Counted from the stretch's first letter, positions 1 through 11,116 are shown. The stretch is DNA of 64,000 nt from Vibrio sp. (GCA_050296215.1 JBNKRC010000001.1:40-64039); one strand, 5' to 3'. Made by a program: numbers and translations. The notes: generated from the sequence alone by a model not told the origin.

Positions 1-2
1 GA

Positions 3-1289
3 CGGAGAAGACTGAGAAGCGGAGTGGTCCAGCGGTTCAGGCTCAACCGGGACCGAAACAGTTCCGTCGACCTTATCAGGTGCCGTGCTGACGACTCCCA
101 TCTCAATAGCGGCCTTACTGACTGCCGAAGAAGGTACCGGGTGATTATCCAGCAGTGCATCCACCACATCGGAAGTAATCACCACTCGCTGGCGGTCTTG
201 ATCATCAATACCGACACTCTCGCCATTTGAGATCACGGTTGGCGGTAAGGCATCAGAATCATCCATCGCATTTGGATCGATGTTTGTGGCTGAAGAGGAA
301 ACCGGAGCGGAATCAACAGGCCCCGGAAACACTACCGCAGACGTCTGCTCATTCGCTGACAACGACAGATTATCCCGGCTATCGTCAGGAGGAGACGTCT
401 CCGATGATAATGTCGGAATAACGGTCTGTTCACCGTTCATGCCAGACAATGCATCTTGCTGAGACTGATCCGCCGGTTCATTCTGTTGAGCCACATCAGG
501 GACACTGGTCTGACCGAGGAACCACCAGTACCCGCCACCAATTACCAGTGCCAGCAACATAATCACGACCGCGATATTCATCGGAGCCCCGACAATAGAG
601 CGAATGATGACCCGTTTTTCCATTTTCTGCTCTCCTAACGCCATAATTTCACCGGGTAATTTCTTTACCTTACCATATGCGGACCGGACTGCTCGTTCCA
701 TTTTGTCTTCGACAAACCGCATAACAAAAAATTCAAACAGACGATCGGCAGCTTCAGCCGGTAAGACTTCAATTTCTAAATCAACCGGCTTTTGCTCCTG
801 ACCGTAACTTAAACGAGTCAGCACTCTGTCAAGAATATCAGGCAGGGCGAACAGAATAACGTTAATTGACCATTTCGGCTGATTTTGCGCTTCCAGAACC
901 AACAGCCAGAGCTCACTCAACATAGCTTCCGAAAGTAACTGCGCATCATCAATGGCAATCACCACATTGCAACTGTCATCACCAAACAGCTGATAAAAAC
1001 TGTCGACAAGTTCAGCATCCGGATCAAAACGGCTGTTGGGACGTAACTGACTGAGAATAGTATGACGGCGCAGGGGATCAGATTGATTGTGGAAACACAT
1101 CAATAAGGATTGATTCTTATCCTGAGCCCAGGCTTCAAGATAACGCTGAGCGATCCAGGTTTTGCCGGAACCCGTTTCGCCGGTGACATGGATGAGATTA
1201 GAACTGAAATTAGTGAGAAGCTGCATCCGTTCAAGCAGTGCTGCCTGGGACGATAATTCCTGCACTCTCGGTTCAAGCGCTAAACTCAT
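3..1289 (-). CDS. DamX-related AAA-family/SPOR cell division protein, partial (runs off the left edge)
   Basis: Not in the ORF track because it is truncated. The minus-strand ATG at 1289 reads MSLALEPRVQELSSQ...IHVTGETGSGKTWIAQRYL (Walker A). It follows aroB, the usual damX position. Confidence 0.8.
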   Translation of the reverse strand, partial: MSLALEPRVQELSSQAALLERMQLLTNFSSNLIHVTGETGSGKTWIAQRYLEAWAQDKNQSLLMCFHNQSDPLRRHTILSQLRPNSRFDPDAELVDSFYQLFGDDSCNVVIAIDDAQLLSEAMLSELWLLVLEAQNQPKWSINVILFALPDILDRVLTRLSYGQEQKPVDLEIEVLPAEAADRLFEFFVMRFVEDKMERAVRSAYGKVKKLPGEIMALGEQKMEKRVIIRSIVGAPMNIAVVIMLLALVIGGGYWWFLGQTSVPDVAQQNEPADQSQQDALSGMNGEQTVIPTLSSETSPPDDSRDNLSLSANEQTSAVVFPGPVDSAPVSSSATNIDPNAMDDSDALPPTVISNGESVGIDDQDRQRVVITSDVVDALLDNHPVPSSAVSKAAIEMGVVSTAPDKVDGTVSVPVEPEPLDHSASQSSP

Positions 1290-1311
1290 ACTCTGTCCTT
1301 AGAAAACAAAT

Positions 1312-1341
1312 GAAAACTTCACACCATGGTGTGAAGTTTTC
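1312..1341. repeat. Perfect 30-bp palindrome (intergenic hairpin between aroB and the damX-like gene)
   Basis: gaaaacttcacacca-tggtgtgaagttttc, fully self-complementary. Confidence 0.75.
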
Positions 1342-1359
1342 TGGATTTTGCTAACAGAA

Positions 1360-2448
1360 TCAGACGGTACGACAGTAATCGATCGCCTGCTCAATCACAC
1401 TTTCAGGTGTGTCTTTTCTGACTTCGGAGCTGCCGATACCGGTTGGCAACACCAGACGTAATTGTCCGGCCAGCACTTTCTTATCCCGCATCATATGCTT
1501 GATAAAATCAGCGTAAGACATACTTTCCGGAGTCTGCACCGGCAACTTAGCCTGTTTTAAAATGGCAATAATACGGGCTAACTGTTCATCACTGATCAGA
1601 CCCTGTAATTGCGCCGTTTTTGCCGCCATGGCCGTACCGGCCGACACAGCTTCACCATGCAGCCAGTTACCATATCCCAACTCGGCTTCAATCGCATGAC
1701 CGAAAGTATGGCCAAGATTCAGCAATGCCCGGATTCCCGATTCTTTTTCATCCTGAGCAACCACTTCCGCTTTAATGGAACAACAACGGGCAATGGCATA
1801 AGAAAGTGCCTGATTATCCAGGCTATACAACCGGTCCATATTTTGCTCAAGCCAGTCAAAAAATTCAGCGTCATAAATAATGCCGTATTTGATCAATTCA
1901 GCCATACCGGCAGCAAATTCCCGTTCAGGCAGCGATGCCAGACAATCGGTATCAATAATCACAGATTTAGGCTGATAAAACGCCCCAATCATATTTTTAC
2001 CGAGAGGATGGTTAACCGCCGTTTTCCCCCCAACCGAAGAATCAACCTGTGACAACAGGGTAGTCGGAATCTGAACAAAATCGACACCTCGCTGATAACA
2101 GGCGGCAGCAAACCCCACCAGATCTCCGATGACACCACCTCCAAGCGCAACCAATACCACATCACGGCTATAGTTGTTCTCTATAAGAAACGTCATCACC
2201 GTATTAAAAGTATCGAGGCTCTTATACTTCTCACCATCCGGCAATTGTAAAACCGACGTCTGACACCCCTGCTGTTCGATCAGCGCAACAACACGATCAG
2301 CATACAATGGTGCAACCGTTACATTGGTGATAACGACGACTTTTTGCTTAGAGGAAATAAAAGAAAGAAGGGCCGGATCATTAAATAATCCGGCACCAAT
2401 CGAGATTGGGTAGCTACGTTCATCTAAACTGACCGTAATCCGCTCCAT
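1360..2448 (-). CDS. aroB: 3-dehydroquinate synthase
   Basis: [27 protein letters not shown] and [12 protein letters not shown] motifs. Confidence 0.98.
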   Translation of the reverse strand: MERITVSLDERSYPISIGAGLFNDPALLSFISSKQKVVVITNVTVAPLYADRVVALIEQQGCQTSVLQLPDGEKYKSLDTFNTVMTFLIENNYSRDVVLVALGGGVIGDLVGFAAACYQRGVDFVQIPTTLLSQVDSSVGGKTAVNHPLGKNMIGAFYQPKSVIIDTDCLASLPEREFAAGMAELIKYGIIYDAEFFDWLEQNMDRLYSLDNQALSYAIARCCSIKAEVVAQDEKESGIRALLNLGHTFGHAIEAELGYGNWLHGEAVSAGTAMAAKTAQLQGLISDEQLARIIAILKQAKLPVQTPESMSYADFIKHMMRDKKVLAGQLRLVLPTGIGSSEVRKDTPESVIEQAIDYCRTV

Positions 2449-2473
2449 GGGGGGTACTCCAATATCTGTTATA

Positions 2474-2992
2474 TTATTGTTCTTCTAACATTTTTACGAT
2501 CTCATTGGCTACAACTTTAGCACTTTGATCGTCTGTTTTCACAACAATATCGGCAACTTCTTCATAAAGAGGGTTGCGCTCTTTAGCCAGATTCTCAAGA
2601 ACTTCTCGAGGATCATCGGTTTGCAGCAGCGGGCGCTTTTTATCGCGGTTAGTACGGGCAAGCTGCTTCTCAATTGTAGTTTCCAGATAAACAACCACAC
2701 CGCGAGCCGAAAGACGGTTGCGGTTTTCTTTGCTTTTAACTGAACCACCACCGGTTGCAAGTACAATGCCCTGCTCCTGAGTAAGATCGTTCAGCACAGT
2801 TTCTTCGCGCTTGCGGAAACCGTCTTCACCTTCAACATCAAATACCCAAGCAATATCTGCTCCGGTGCGTTCTTCAATCACAGTATCTGAGTCAACGAAC
2901 TCCATATGAAGTTGTTGTGCCAGGTATCTTCCGATTGTACTTTTGCCGGCACCCATCGGGCCAACAAGAAAAATATTACGTTTTTCAGCCAT
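2474..2992 (-). CDS. aroK: Shikimate kinase I
   Basis: [32 protein letters not shown]. Confidence 0.98.
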   Translation of the reverse strand: MAEKRNIFLVGPMGAGKSTIGRYLAQQLHMEFVDSDTVIEERTGADIAWVFDVEGEDGFRKREETVLNDLTQEQGIVLATGGGSVKSKENRNRLSARGVVVYLETTIEKQLARTNRDKKRPLLQTDDPREVLENLAKERNPLYEEVADIVVKTDDQSAKVVANEIVKMLEEQ

Positions 2993-3179
2993 GTTTAGCA
3001 GTAATTTGTAATGTTAATTCAATGACATCGCCACAAGATCACTCACCGATTTTATTTACAAAATCAGCCTTGTGGCACCAATTCCTCACAGATAATTCGT
3101 GATAAGACCCGAAATTATCTAGATCTGAGTGACCGAATGCAACTTTATTTTTTTAACGCATCAAAAAATAAGGGGTAAC

Positions 3180-4391
3180 TCATTGAAACATCAGGGTTGG
3201 TGTGACAAATATTAGCAATTCATTTTTACTTGAATGCTGATAGTCCCGGCGGAACAGCGCTCCGACCAACGGCAGATCGCCCAGCACGGGCACTTTATCA
3301 CGACGGTTAATCGTGCTCTGCTGATAGATTCCCCCCAGCACAATCGTTTCTCCATTACGTACTTTAACCTGCGTCGAAATACGCTGAGTGATGATCGCCA
3401 CGGCTTCCCCGGTTCCGGTTTTAACCACTTCGCCGGGACGGTCCTGTGTAACGCCTAACTCCAGAATGAGCTGATCGTTATCACTGAGAAACGGAGTCAC
3501 TTCCAGACTCAGCACCGCTTTTTTAAAAGCGATGCTTGATTTGCCATCTTCATTCGACTCCTGATAGGGGATTTCGGTTCCCTGTTCGATATAAGCTGTT
3601 TTCCGGTTGGTGGTTAATAATCGAGGACTGGAGATCACTTCGGCTTTAGACTCACTTTGTAAGGCCGACAACTCCAGATCCAGCAAGGTTCCGGAACCCA
3701 GTTTTGCTAGTTGAAAAGCCAGCGCGGATGCATCACCCGAACCAGAGGGCAAATTAACACTCAATTGTTGATTGATCCGTTCACCGGTTTCCCCGGCCGT
3801 ACTGCTTCCCTCAATAGAACCACCGATTGGTAATGTTGTGGTCTGATTGACCAATCCCCAGCGGACTCCGAGTTCGTCCAGTTCACCCTGATTGATAATC
3901 ACTATCCGGGCTTCAATTTCTACCTGCCTGATCGGCACATCCAGCGTTGCCACCAGTTGCCGCACCTGTTCTATCACGTCGGGATAATCCATCACCACTA
4001 AGCTGTTGGTTCTGACATCGACACTTAATTGCCCTTCAGGTGACAATAAACCGCTTCCTTGTCCGCTCTGGAATACCTGAGCGATATCGTCGCTTTTAGC
4101 ATAAACAAGAGGAAGCACCGCAAATTCTGATTTTTCAGGCTTAACCGCTTCAGGCTCAGGACAAAAGGCTTGCCTGACATCCGATATAATATGACCGGTA
4201 AGCGACGCATCCTCCTGATGAACGGCAGATGATAACGGGACACCGGTAGCAAACGGGTCAGGTGGACTTTCCTGAGCCTGAACCAAACCGCTCAAAAACA
4301 GCCCCATAAATAAGTGGAGCGCAAGGGCCCGCCTCAGACTGATACAGAAATGATCCCTACGCATAATCCATTGTGAGAGATAGCTAATCAT
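3180..4391 (-). CDS. pilQ: Type IV pilus secretin PilQ/HofQ, N-terminally shortened
   Basis: D.RTNSL, QVEIEARIV, IEQGTEIPY and KVPVLGDLPLVGALFR...ELLIFVTP secretin motifs. Only 403 aa. Confidence 0.88.
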   Translation of the reverse strand: MISYLSQWIMRRDHFCISLRRALALHLFMGLFLSGLVQAQESPPDPFATGVPLSSAVHQEDASLTGHIISDVRQAFCPEPEAVKPEKSEFAVLPLVYAKSDDIAQVFQSGQGSGLLSPEGQLSVDVRTNSLVVMDYPDVIEQVRQLVATLDVPIRQVEIEARIVIINQGELDELGVRWGLVNQTTTLPIGGSIEGSSTAGETGERINQQLSVNLPSGSGDASALAFQLAKLGSGTLLDLELSALQSESKAEVISSPRLLTTNRKTAYIEQGTEIPYQESNEDGKSSIAFKKAVLSLEVTPFLSDNDQLILELGVTQDRPGEVVKTGTGEAVAIITQRISTQVKVRNGETIVLGGIYQQSTINRRDKVPVLGDLPLVGALFRRDYQHSSKNELLIFVTPTLMFQ

Positions 4392-4948
4392 TGTAATGCC
4401 TCCGGCAACGAAATAAGCCAGTACAGACTGGCCTGAGCCTGAACATCGATCCTGTCACTATCTGGTGCATCTCTTTTCCATGTCACCTGACTAAATACCA
4501 CCACAGGATCCGGTTCTCCAATACGTAATAAAAAGTCACTAATCTGTGTATAATGCCCGCTCAATTCCACGATAAACGGGGACTGAACACGTTCTGCTGT
4601 ACGTTGTTCGCCAAGCCATTCAATATGTTCAATGGTTACCTCCGAATCCTGAGCCGAATCTGCCATATGTTTAACCACAAACGCAGAATCATATGACACT
4701 GAAAAACGGGCGGCCTCGGCTTTCCAGGATTGAATGTCTTGCTCCCACTCCTCTTGCTTTAGTCTGAACTGTTCTAACTTTCTCTGCGCCATATTCCGCT
4801 GGTGATGCAGAGGAACAATCGCTTGACTGAGCTGATCGACCTGACGGTACTGATTCGGCCAGAAAAACAGATCAAGCAGCAGCCATATACATGTAATGAC
4901 AATCACAGTGACGATCCACGGTAAACATTTCTGTTTCACACTACTCAT
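4388..4948 (-). CDS. pilO: Type IV pilus assembly protein PilO-like
   Basis: N-terminal TM, coiled coil, 'PFIVELSGHYTQISDFL' PilO-like motif, operon position. Confidence 0.75.
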   Translation of the reverse strand: MSSVKQKCLPWIVTVIVITCIWLLLDLFFWPNQYRQVDQLSQAIVPLHHQRNMAQRKLEQFRLKQEEWEQDIQSWKAEAARFSVSYDSAFVVKHMADSAQDSEVTIEHIEWLGEQRTAERVQSPFIVELSGHYTQISDFLLRIGEPDPVVVFSQVTWKRDAPDSDRIDVQAQASLYWLISLPEALQ

Positions 4949-5520
4949 TACTCATTGTCACCCTCTTGCCGCTGCCACGTTTGCATCTCTATTCTCAACT
5001 CAAAAGGATGAAACCATTGCTGCCAGCGGGTTACCGGAGTATCGATTCGAAATTGATCTATATTTTGGACAAATGGCGAAGAGTGCAGATTGGCGGCAAA
5101 CAACGCCGCGCTTCCCTGATCCGTGACAAGCCCGGTAATCAATAGCGTACTGTCCGTTAACGTCAGGGAATCAAGATAAACACCGGCAGGAAGCGTCTGC
5201 TGAATCATCTGCATAACCTGGTATGGACGCTGACTGGCGTCCAGCCAGGATGTGCGGACATCGGAATCGGTTCGTAATATCTGCTGTTGCCGGGCCCGTT
5301 GCTGCCACTGATCAAGCTGTTGCCGGATGTCGGTAAGTGATGACCGGGTCCGAGCCTGCTGCCATTGCCAGTGTTGCAGCCCGGTCTGGTAATCCTGCCA
5401 CACCATCCATTCAATGGCCGACAAGACACAACACCCCGTTAATAACGCGCATCCCCAGTGATGGTACCGCGCTTTCTTGCGGGCGCTTCGCCAGTCACAA
5501 AAATTAATCTCATGCAGCAT
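4948..5520 (-). CDS. pilN: Type IV pilus assembly protein PilN-like
   Basis: EINFCDWR (INLLPWR-like), TM helix, LPAGVYLDSL motif. Confidence 0.8.
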   Translation of the reverse strand: MLHEINFCDWRSARKKARYHHWGCALLTGCCVLSAIEWMVWQDYQTGLQHWQWQQARTRSSLTDIRQQLDQWQQRARQQQILRTDSDVRTSWLDASQRPYQVMQMIQQTLPAGVYLDSLTLTDSTLLITGLVTDQGSAALFAANLHSSPFVQNIDQFRIDTPVTRWQQWFHPFELRIEMQTWQRQEGDNE

Positions 5521-6430
5521 AATGAGACTTCACCGCATTGATTCCGCGTAGAGCGATTCCGCAGGCTTTCATCATGGGTAAGCAGCTTTCAGGTTGCCAT
5601 GATCTTTTTGCAGAAAAAACCGTACAAACCGGATATGCGTCAACAGATAGTCCGGTATGTACAGCTATCTGAGTAATCAGATCATCATGATCCAATTGCC
5701 CGATAAACCAGATCCCATCCCAGTCTGACTCCTGTCTGAAACAACCGACTCTTTCTAACTCCTGACCTAAACGTGCAGTTATCCCCTGAATATTCCCCTG
5801 TGTATCCGGTTCTTCGCTGACCAGCGGAAGGTGACGGTAAAATGGCTCATGCTCATGGATATAGGCAATCGTCATCGTGTGTTCCGTTATCTCCAGTAAA
5901 ATACGCTTTGAATTCAATCTCTCCTGAGCGGCGATCAATAACTGCAGAAACGCCTGCTTTTCGCTATCAACCAGAGAAAGATGCATACCCGCCTGCCGCA
6001 CCGGACGGCAACGTTGTTCAAGTGATTTTCTTTTTGCGGCACACACCAACATTCCCTGTCCGGTTTCAACAAAATCCAGAACCAGTTCATCTATCGGTAG
6101 TGGTGATGAGGTAGCAAACTGATGAGTTGCTGATAATCGGCGCTGTTCCTCCGGTAATCGTTTATCCGTCTGGAAAATTCGGCTCATTACCGCATTTTCA
6201 GGAATAGCAATGGCAGCCCGGTGATGAAACAAAGGCTGGCGATATTTAACTTTAATCAGTTTCCTGACAATATCCTGATAATTATCCACACCATTATCAG
6301 TGAAAATATCCGCTGAGAATTCGAAGTGCTCAAACGCCAGAATTTTAGGTTTATTGTGAATCAGTGCAACAATCGCTGCATTTAATGCCCGTACACGAAA
6401 ATCAAGACCTGTAACTATGATGCCAGCCAT
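5510..6430 (-). CDS. pilM: Type IV pilus assembly protein PilM-like (divergent)
   Basis: IVTGLDF, AAIAIP, PLPIDELVLDF, GIALRG; divergent from mrcA. Start set at the ATG at 6430, which has a GGAG RBS. Confidence 0.8.
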   Translation of the reverse strand: MAGIIVTGLDFRVRALNAAIVALIHNKPKILAFEHFEFSADIFTDNGVDNYQDIVRKLIKVKYRQPLFHHRAAIAIPENAVMSRIFQTDKRLPEEQRRLSATHQFATSSPLPIDELVLDFVETGQGMLVCAAKRKSLEQRCRPVRQAGMHLSLVDSEKQAFLQLLIAAQERLNSKRILLEITEHTMTIAYIHEHEPFYRHLPLVSEEPDTQGNIQGITARLGQELERVGCFRQESDWDGIWFIGQLDHDDLITQIAVHTGLSVDAYPVCTVFSAKRSWQPESCLPMMKACGIALRGINAVKSHYAA

Positions 6431-6560
6431 ATCTGCTCCAAAATCGGCTCTGTAAAATGTTTGGTTTGGTAGTACAATAACCAATCTTCTAAGGGCTAAA
6501 TTTTTAGCGGAAAGCGGATGAAATGACATCTGTACCAATTGACTAATCAGGGATTATCCG

Positions 6561-9041
6561 GTGAAGTTCATAAAGTATTTTTTGATATTTACATTATTTT
6601 GCATTGTGCTGGGAGTGGGAACGATTTTTGGTTTTTATACCTATGTAAAACCAGAATTGCCTGACGTCGCAGAATTAAAAGACGTGCAATTACAAACGCC
6701 AATGCAGGTATATAGCCAAGATGGCAGACTGATTGCTCAATTTGGTGAAAAACGTCGTATCCCGTTACACCTCAATGAAATGCCGCCGCTTTTAGTTGAT
6801 GCCTTTATTGCCACCGAAGACAGCCGCTTCTATGAGCACTTTGGGTTCGACCCGATAGGCATTACACGGGCGGCATTTGCCGTACTCTCTTCCGGCTCGG
6901 CAAGCCAGGGAGCAAGTACCATTACCCAACAGCTTGCCAGAAACTTCTTCCTCTCTAACGAGAAGAAGATCATGCGGAAAATTAAAGAGATTTTCATTGC
7001 CGTTCATATCGAACAGCTACTGACTAAGGATGAAATTCTCGAGCTTTACCTCAACAAAATTTATCTTGGCTACCGCTCTTATGGTGTCGGAGCTGCGGCA
7101 CAATCCTATTTTGGTAAGAGCCTGGATGAACTGACTCTGGGTGAAATGGCGATGATCGCCGGTTTACCGAAAGCCCCGTCGACACTCAACCCGATCTATT
7201 CACTGGAACGGGCGACCCACCGCAGAAACGTTGTTCTGACGCGTATGCTGGATGAAAACTACATTACTCAGGAGCAGTATGAACAGGCTCGTAATGAGGT
7301 CTTAACCTCAAAATATTACGGCGCGGAAATTGAAGTAAATGCACCGTATGTAGCAGAAATTGCCCGGGCGTGGATGGTCGATCACTATGGTGAAGAGGCC
7401 TACACGTCAGGCATGCGGGTGTTCACTACCGTAAAATCTGACCTTCAGCAGGCGGCAGATCATGCTGCAATCAGTAATTTGTTCGACTATGACCTGCGCC
7501 ATGGCTATCGCGGCCCGGAACAAGTGCTGTGGAAAGAGGGCGAACCTGCATTTGACCAGGAAAAAATTACTGAGCACCTGAACGACCAGCCTACGTATGG
7601 TGAGCTAATCCCGGCGGTGGTTACTCATGTCAGTGACAAATCCGCGATGGTTTGGGTAAAAAATGCTGGTCTGAAAACCATTGACTGGGATGGAATGAAA
7701 TGGGCGCGCCGCTATAAAACGGATCGCCATCAGGGCCCGGCACCTAAAAATGCTACAGAAATTCTGGCCACCGGCGAACAGATCTGGGTCCGTAAAGCAG
7801 AACAGAATGATGGGACTGAGCAATGGCAGCTTCGTCAGGTACCATTAGCCAATACCGCTTTCGTTGCTATGGATCCCGACAGCGGTTCGGTACTGTCTCT
7901 GGTTGGCGGATTCAATTTCGTTCACAGTAAATTTAACCGGGCTACTCAGTCATTACGTCAGGTGGGGTCCGGTATCAAACCATTTATTTATGCCGCGGCT
8001 TTAGATAAAGGATTAACCCTTGCAACCCTGATTAATGACGCTCCGATTAATCACTGGGATTCAAGTATGGGTACAGCGTGGAGACCGAAAAACTCGCCGC
8101 CGACCTACAATGGCCCAACCAGGCTGAAAATTGGTCTGGCACAATCGAAAAACGTCATGGCCGTTCGTGTGTTACGTGACGTCGGCATCAGTAATGCCCG
8201 TCAGTATCTGTCGCGCTTTGGTTTCGACATCAACAACCTGCCAAATACCGAAACGCTGGCTCTGGGTGCAGGAAGCCTGACACCGATGAAGCTTGTGCAG
8301 GGTTATTCGGTATTTGCGAATGGCGGCTACTACGTCGAGCCTTACTTTATCGAGCGTGTGGAAGATCCTTATGGCAATGTAGAGTTTCAGGCCACTCCGA
8401 AAGTCGTCTGCCATGAACATTGTCAGGACGTCGACACAGCTACGGTCGATATGGCTCAGGAACCTGTCTATGCGCCACAGGTTATCACTCAGCAGAATGC
8501 GTTCCTCGTGCGTCAGATGCTGTATAGCAACATTTGGGGCGGCGGCGTTTGGGGTCAGGGAACAGCCTGGCGCGGTACGGGCTGGCGTGCTCAGAGTTTG
8601 GGACGGCATGACGTCGGCGGTAAAACCGGCACTACCAACGACTCTAAGGACGCGTGGTATAACGGATTCGGCCCCGGTATCGTTGCTACCTCATGGATCG
8701 GCTTCGATACCCATGATCCGGATCTTGGCCGGACATCCCGCAACTCGAATCTGGCCAATAATGAACAGGCTCCCGGCGGTGAATCCGGTGGTAAAACCGC
8801 TCAGCCGGCGTGGATAGAATTTATGAAAACGGCTCTGCATAATGTCCCGGAGAAAAATGAAGACATTCCGGAACATATTATTCAGGTGAAAATCGATCGC
8901 GACACCGGCCTGCTGAGCAATGCCAACGACTCAAGTTCTATGTTTGAATATTTCCGTGAGGGGACCGAACCGAAAGAGTACACCAAATCGGCTTCCGGCA
9001 GTATTTACACCAGCGACAACGGCGAAGAAGAACTGTTTTAG
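6561..9041 (+). CDS. mrcA: Penicillin-binding protein 1A
   Basis: EDSRFYEHFG and GASTITQQLARN (transglycosylase); SGIK, SKN and KTG (transpeptidase). Confidence 0.97.
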   Translation: MKFIKYFLIFTLFCIVLGVGTIFGFYTYVKPELPDVAELKDVQLQTPMQVYSQDGRLIAQFGEKRRIPLHLNEMPPLLVDAFIATEDSRFYEHFGFDPIGITRAAFAVLSSGSASQGASTITQQLARNFFLSNEKKIMRKIKEIFIAVHIEQLLTKDEILELYLNKIYLGYRSYGVGAAAQSYFGKSLDELTLGEMAMIAGLPKAPSTLNPIYSLERATHRRNVVLTRMLDENYITQEQYEQARNEVLTSKYYGAEIEVNAPYVAEIARAWMVDHYGEEAYTSGMRVFTTVKSDLQQAADHAAISNLFDYDLRHGYRGPEQVLWKEGEPAFDQEKITEHLNDQPTYGELIPAVVTHVSDKSAMVWVKNAGLKTIDWDGMKWARRYKTDRHQGPAPKNATEILATGEQIWVRKAEQNDGTEQWQLRQVPLANTAFVAMDPDSGSVLSLVGGFNFVHSKFNRATQSLRQVGSGIKPFIYAAALDKGLTLATLINDAPINHWDSSMGTAWRPKNSPPTYNGPTRLKIGLAQSKNVMAVRVLRDVGISNARQYLSRFGFDINNLPNTETLALGAGSLTPMKLVQGYSVFANGGYYVEPYFIERVEDPYGNVEFQATPKVVCHEHCQDVDTATVDMAQEPVYAPQVITQQNAFLVRQMLYSNIWGGGVWGQGTAWRGTGWRAQSLGRHDVGGKTGTTNDSKDAWYNGFGPGIVATSWIGFDTHDPDLGRTSRNSNLANNEQAPGGESGGKTAQPAWIEFMKTALHNVPEKNEDIPEHIIQVKIDRDTGLLSNANDSSSMFEYFREGTEPKEYTKSASGSIYTSDNGEEELF

Positions 9042-9096
9042 GATGGTAATGGTCACGGCCTGATGAGAAGGCCGTGACCGATAAGCAGCAGTTCAG

Positions 9097-9990
9097 CTAA
9101 GCAGACTGATTGAGTTGCTTAACCATTACTTCAGCTAACTGTTCAAAACGTTGCCGGATCGGAGAGCCTGGGCGGTAAACCAGAACCAGCTGACGCGAAG
9201 GAACCGGGTTATAGGCAGGTAAATAGCATACCCCGTCTTTTTCCCGGCAATCCGGTAACGACAGCTCGGGTAACAACGTAATTCCCGCTCCCGCCGCCAC
9301 CATATTTCTTAATGTTTCCAGACTGGTCGCTTTAAAGCGCTCGTCATCTTTGGCTCCTGCGGCAAAACAGAACCCCAGAGCCTGATCCCGTAAGCAGTGA
9401 CCATCTCCGAGCGATAATACGGTCTTACCATTGAGCAAATCCAGATTGACTTTATCTAACCGGCACCATTCATGATCGCTAGGTACCGCGATACTTAAAG
9501 GTTCATTGTAAATCTCAATCTCTTTAAAGGGTTTGGTTTCTTCAACCGCAGCCAAAACCAGGCAGTCAAGTTTACCATCCTCTAACTGTTTGATTAGCTG
9601 GCTGGTCTGTGCCTCATGCAGATAGAGTTCAAGATCAGGAAACTGATGCTTTAATGCAGGTACAATTCTCGGTAATAGGTAAGGCCCCACAGTGGGAATA
9701 AAACCGATATGGATCGGCCCGCTCATTTCACCACTATAACCGCTTGCCATCTCTTTAAACGTTTTGACCTCTTTCAGGATACGTTTGGCCTGTTCAACCA
9801 GCTGCAGACCAGAATCGGTAAACAAAACCCGCCGGCTGCTGCGTTCGAGCAGAATAGTACCTAATTCATCTTCCAGTTTACGGATTTGTCCGCTTAACGT
9901 TGGCTGGCTGACAAAGCAAGCTTCCGCCGCTTTTCTGAAATGTTTATGTTCTGCGAGTGCGATCAGATATTCAAAATCACGAATGTTCAT
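9097..9990 (-). CDS. oxyR: H2O2-sensing LysR regulator OxyR
   Basis: MNIRDFEYL...; GHCLRDQALGFC redox cysteines. Confidence 0.97.
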   Translation of the reverse strand: MNIRDFEYLIALAEHKHFRKAAEACFVSQPTLSGQIRKLEDELGTILLERSSRRVLFTDSGLQLVEQAKRILKEVKTFKEMASGYSGEMSGPIHIGFIPTVGPYLLPRIVPALKHQFPDLELYLHEAQTSQLIKQLEDGKLDCLVLAAVEETKPFKEIEIYNEPLSIAVPSDHEWCRLDKVNLDLLNGKTVLSLGDGHCLRDQALGFCFAAGAKDDERFKATSLETLRNMVAAGAGITLLPELSLPDCREKDGVCYLPAYNPVPSRQLVLVYRPGSPIRQRFEQLAEVMVKQLNQSA

Positions 9991-10001
9991 TACACCACCT
10001 A

Positions 10002-10038
10002 ATCGAGTATAACTATCGAAGTTATAGTATCAAACGAT
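10002..10038. promoter_or_regulatory. OxyR operator
   Basis: atcg-N7-ctat-N7-atag-N7-cgat matches the ATAG-N7-CTAT-N7-ATAG-N7-CTAT pattern, between divergent oxyR and the peroxiredoxin. Confidence 0.75.
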
Positions 10039-10137
10039 TAGAGCTATCAAAATATTTTTTCAATAATAACTACACCGAAACGGAGCAATAAGCGTTAAGC
10101 TTCATACCAGTTAAGACAACATTTAAGGAAATAGATC

Positions 10138-10866
10138 ATGTTTACATCTAAAGAAGGACAAGCTGTACCCAAAGTTACTTTTCCTGTACGCCAGGGTGAT
10201 CAGTGGGTCAATATTACTACAGATGAACTGTTTAAAGATAAAACCGTAATTGTATTCAGTCTGCCGGGTGCATTTACGCCGACCTGTTCCTCAGCTCACC
10301 TACCTCGCTATAATGAGCTTTTCCCGGTATTCAAAAAACAAGGTATCGATTCCGTACTCTGCGTATCGGTTAACGATACGTTCGTAATGAATGCCTGGAA
10401 AGACGATCAGGAAGCCGACAACATTACTTTCATTCCGGATGGTAATGGTGAGTTCACGGATGGTATGGGTATGCTGGTTGATAAAAATGACCTTGGCTTC
10501 GGCAAGCGTTCATGGCGCTACAGTATGTTAGTTAAAAATGGCATTGTGGAAAAAATGTTCATTGAACCCAACAAACCGGGTGACCCGTTTGAAGTGTCTG
10601 ATGCCGATACCATGTTAAAATATATCGCTCCCGACTATCAGCCTCAGGAATCCATCACTCTGTTTTCCAAACCAGGTTGTCCGTTCTGTGCTAAAGCCAA
10701 AAAGCTGCTGGCAGACAAAGGTCTTCAGTATGAAGAGATCGTATTAGGTAAAGATGCTACAACTGTCAGCCTGCGCGCCGTATCCGGCCGCACAAGCACA
10801 CCTCAGGTATTTATCGGTGGTAAGCATATTGGTGGCAGTGAAGAGTTAGAAGCGTATTTCGCCTGA
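10138..10866 (+). CDS. Hybrid peroxiredoxin (Prx5)-glutaredoxin
   Basis: PGAFTPTCS Prx motif plus C-terminal CPFC glutaredoxin domain. Confidence 0.95.
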   Translation: MFTSKEGQAVPKVTFPVRQGDQWVNITTDELFKDKTVIVFSLPGAFTPTCSSAHLPRYNELFPVFKKQGIDSVLCVSVNDTFVMNAWKDDQEADNITFIPDGNGEFTDGMGMLVDKNDLGFGKRSWRYSMLVKNGIVEKMFIEPNKPGDPFEVSDADTMLKYIAPDYQPQESITLFSKPGCPFCAKAKKLLADKGLQYEEIVLGKDATTVSLRAVSGRTSTPQVFIGGKHIGGSEELEAYFA

Positions 10867-10879
10867 TATATCGTTACCT

Positions 10880-11116
10880 ATGCCTTGTCGTAACTGTGAT
10901 CAAAGCTGGTTCTGGAAGAAAATAGGCCGCTGCAACCGCTGCATGACACAACTGGTGGTGCTGTGTCTGTTGGTGTGGATATTCTGGTTTACATGGGGAA
11001 GTGAACACGCCCGGCAGATAGAAACGATTGCCGTTCTCTGTTTCGGTCTGGGCTTTCACATCTTACTTCTGGCCCACCTATGGATGAAATGGCTGATTAT
11101 TCCCAGACACAAATAA
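10880..11116 (+). CDS. Small Cys-rich membrane protein (DUF3624-like)
   Basis: CxxC...FWKKIGRCxRC followed by two TM helices; conserved position in Vibrio. Confidence 0.7.
   Translation: MPCRNCDQSWFWKKIGRCNRCMTQLVVLCLLVWIFWFTWGSEHARQIETIAVLCFGLGFHILLLAHLWMKWLIIPRHK

Noticed and set aside
24-801. Short + strand ORFs at the left edge
   Set aside because: They are antisense shadows of the truncated damX-like gene on the minus strand.
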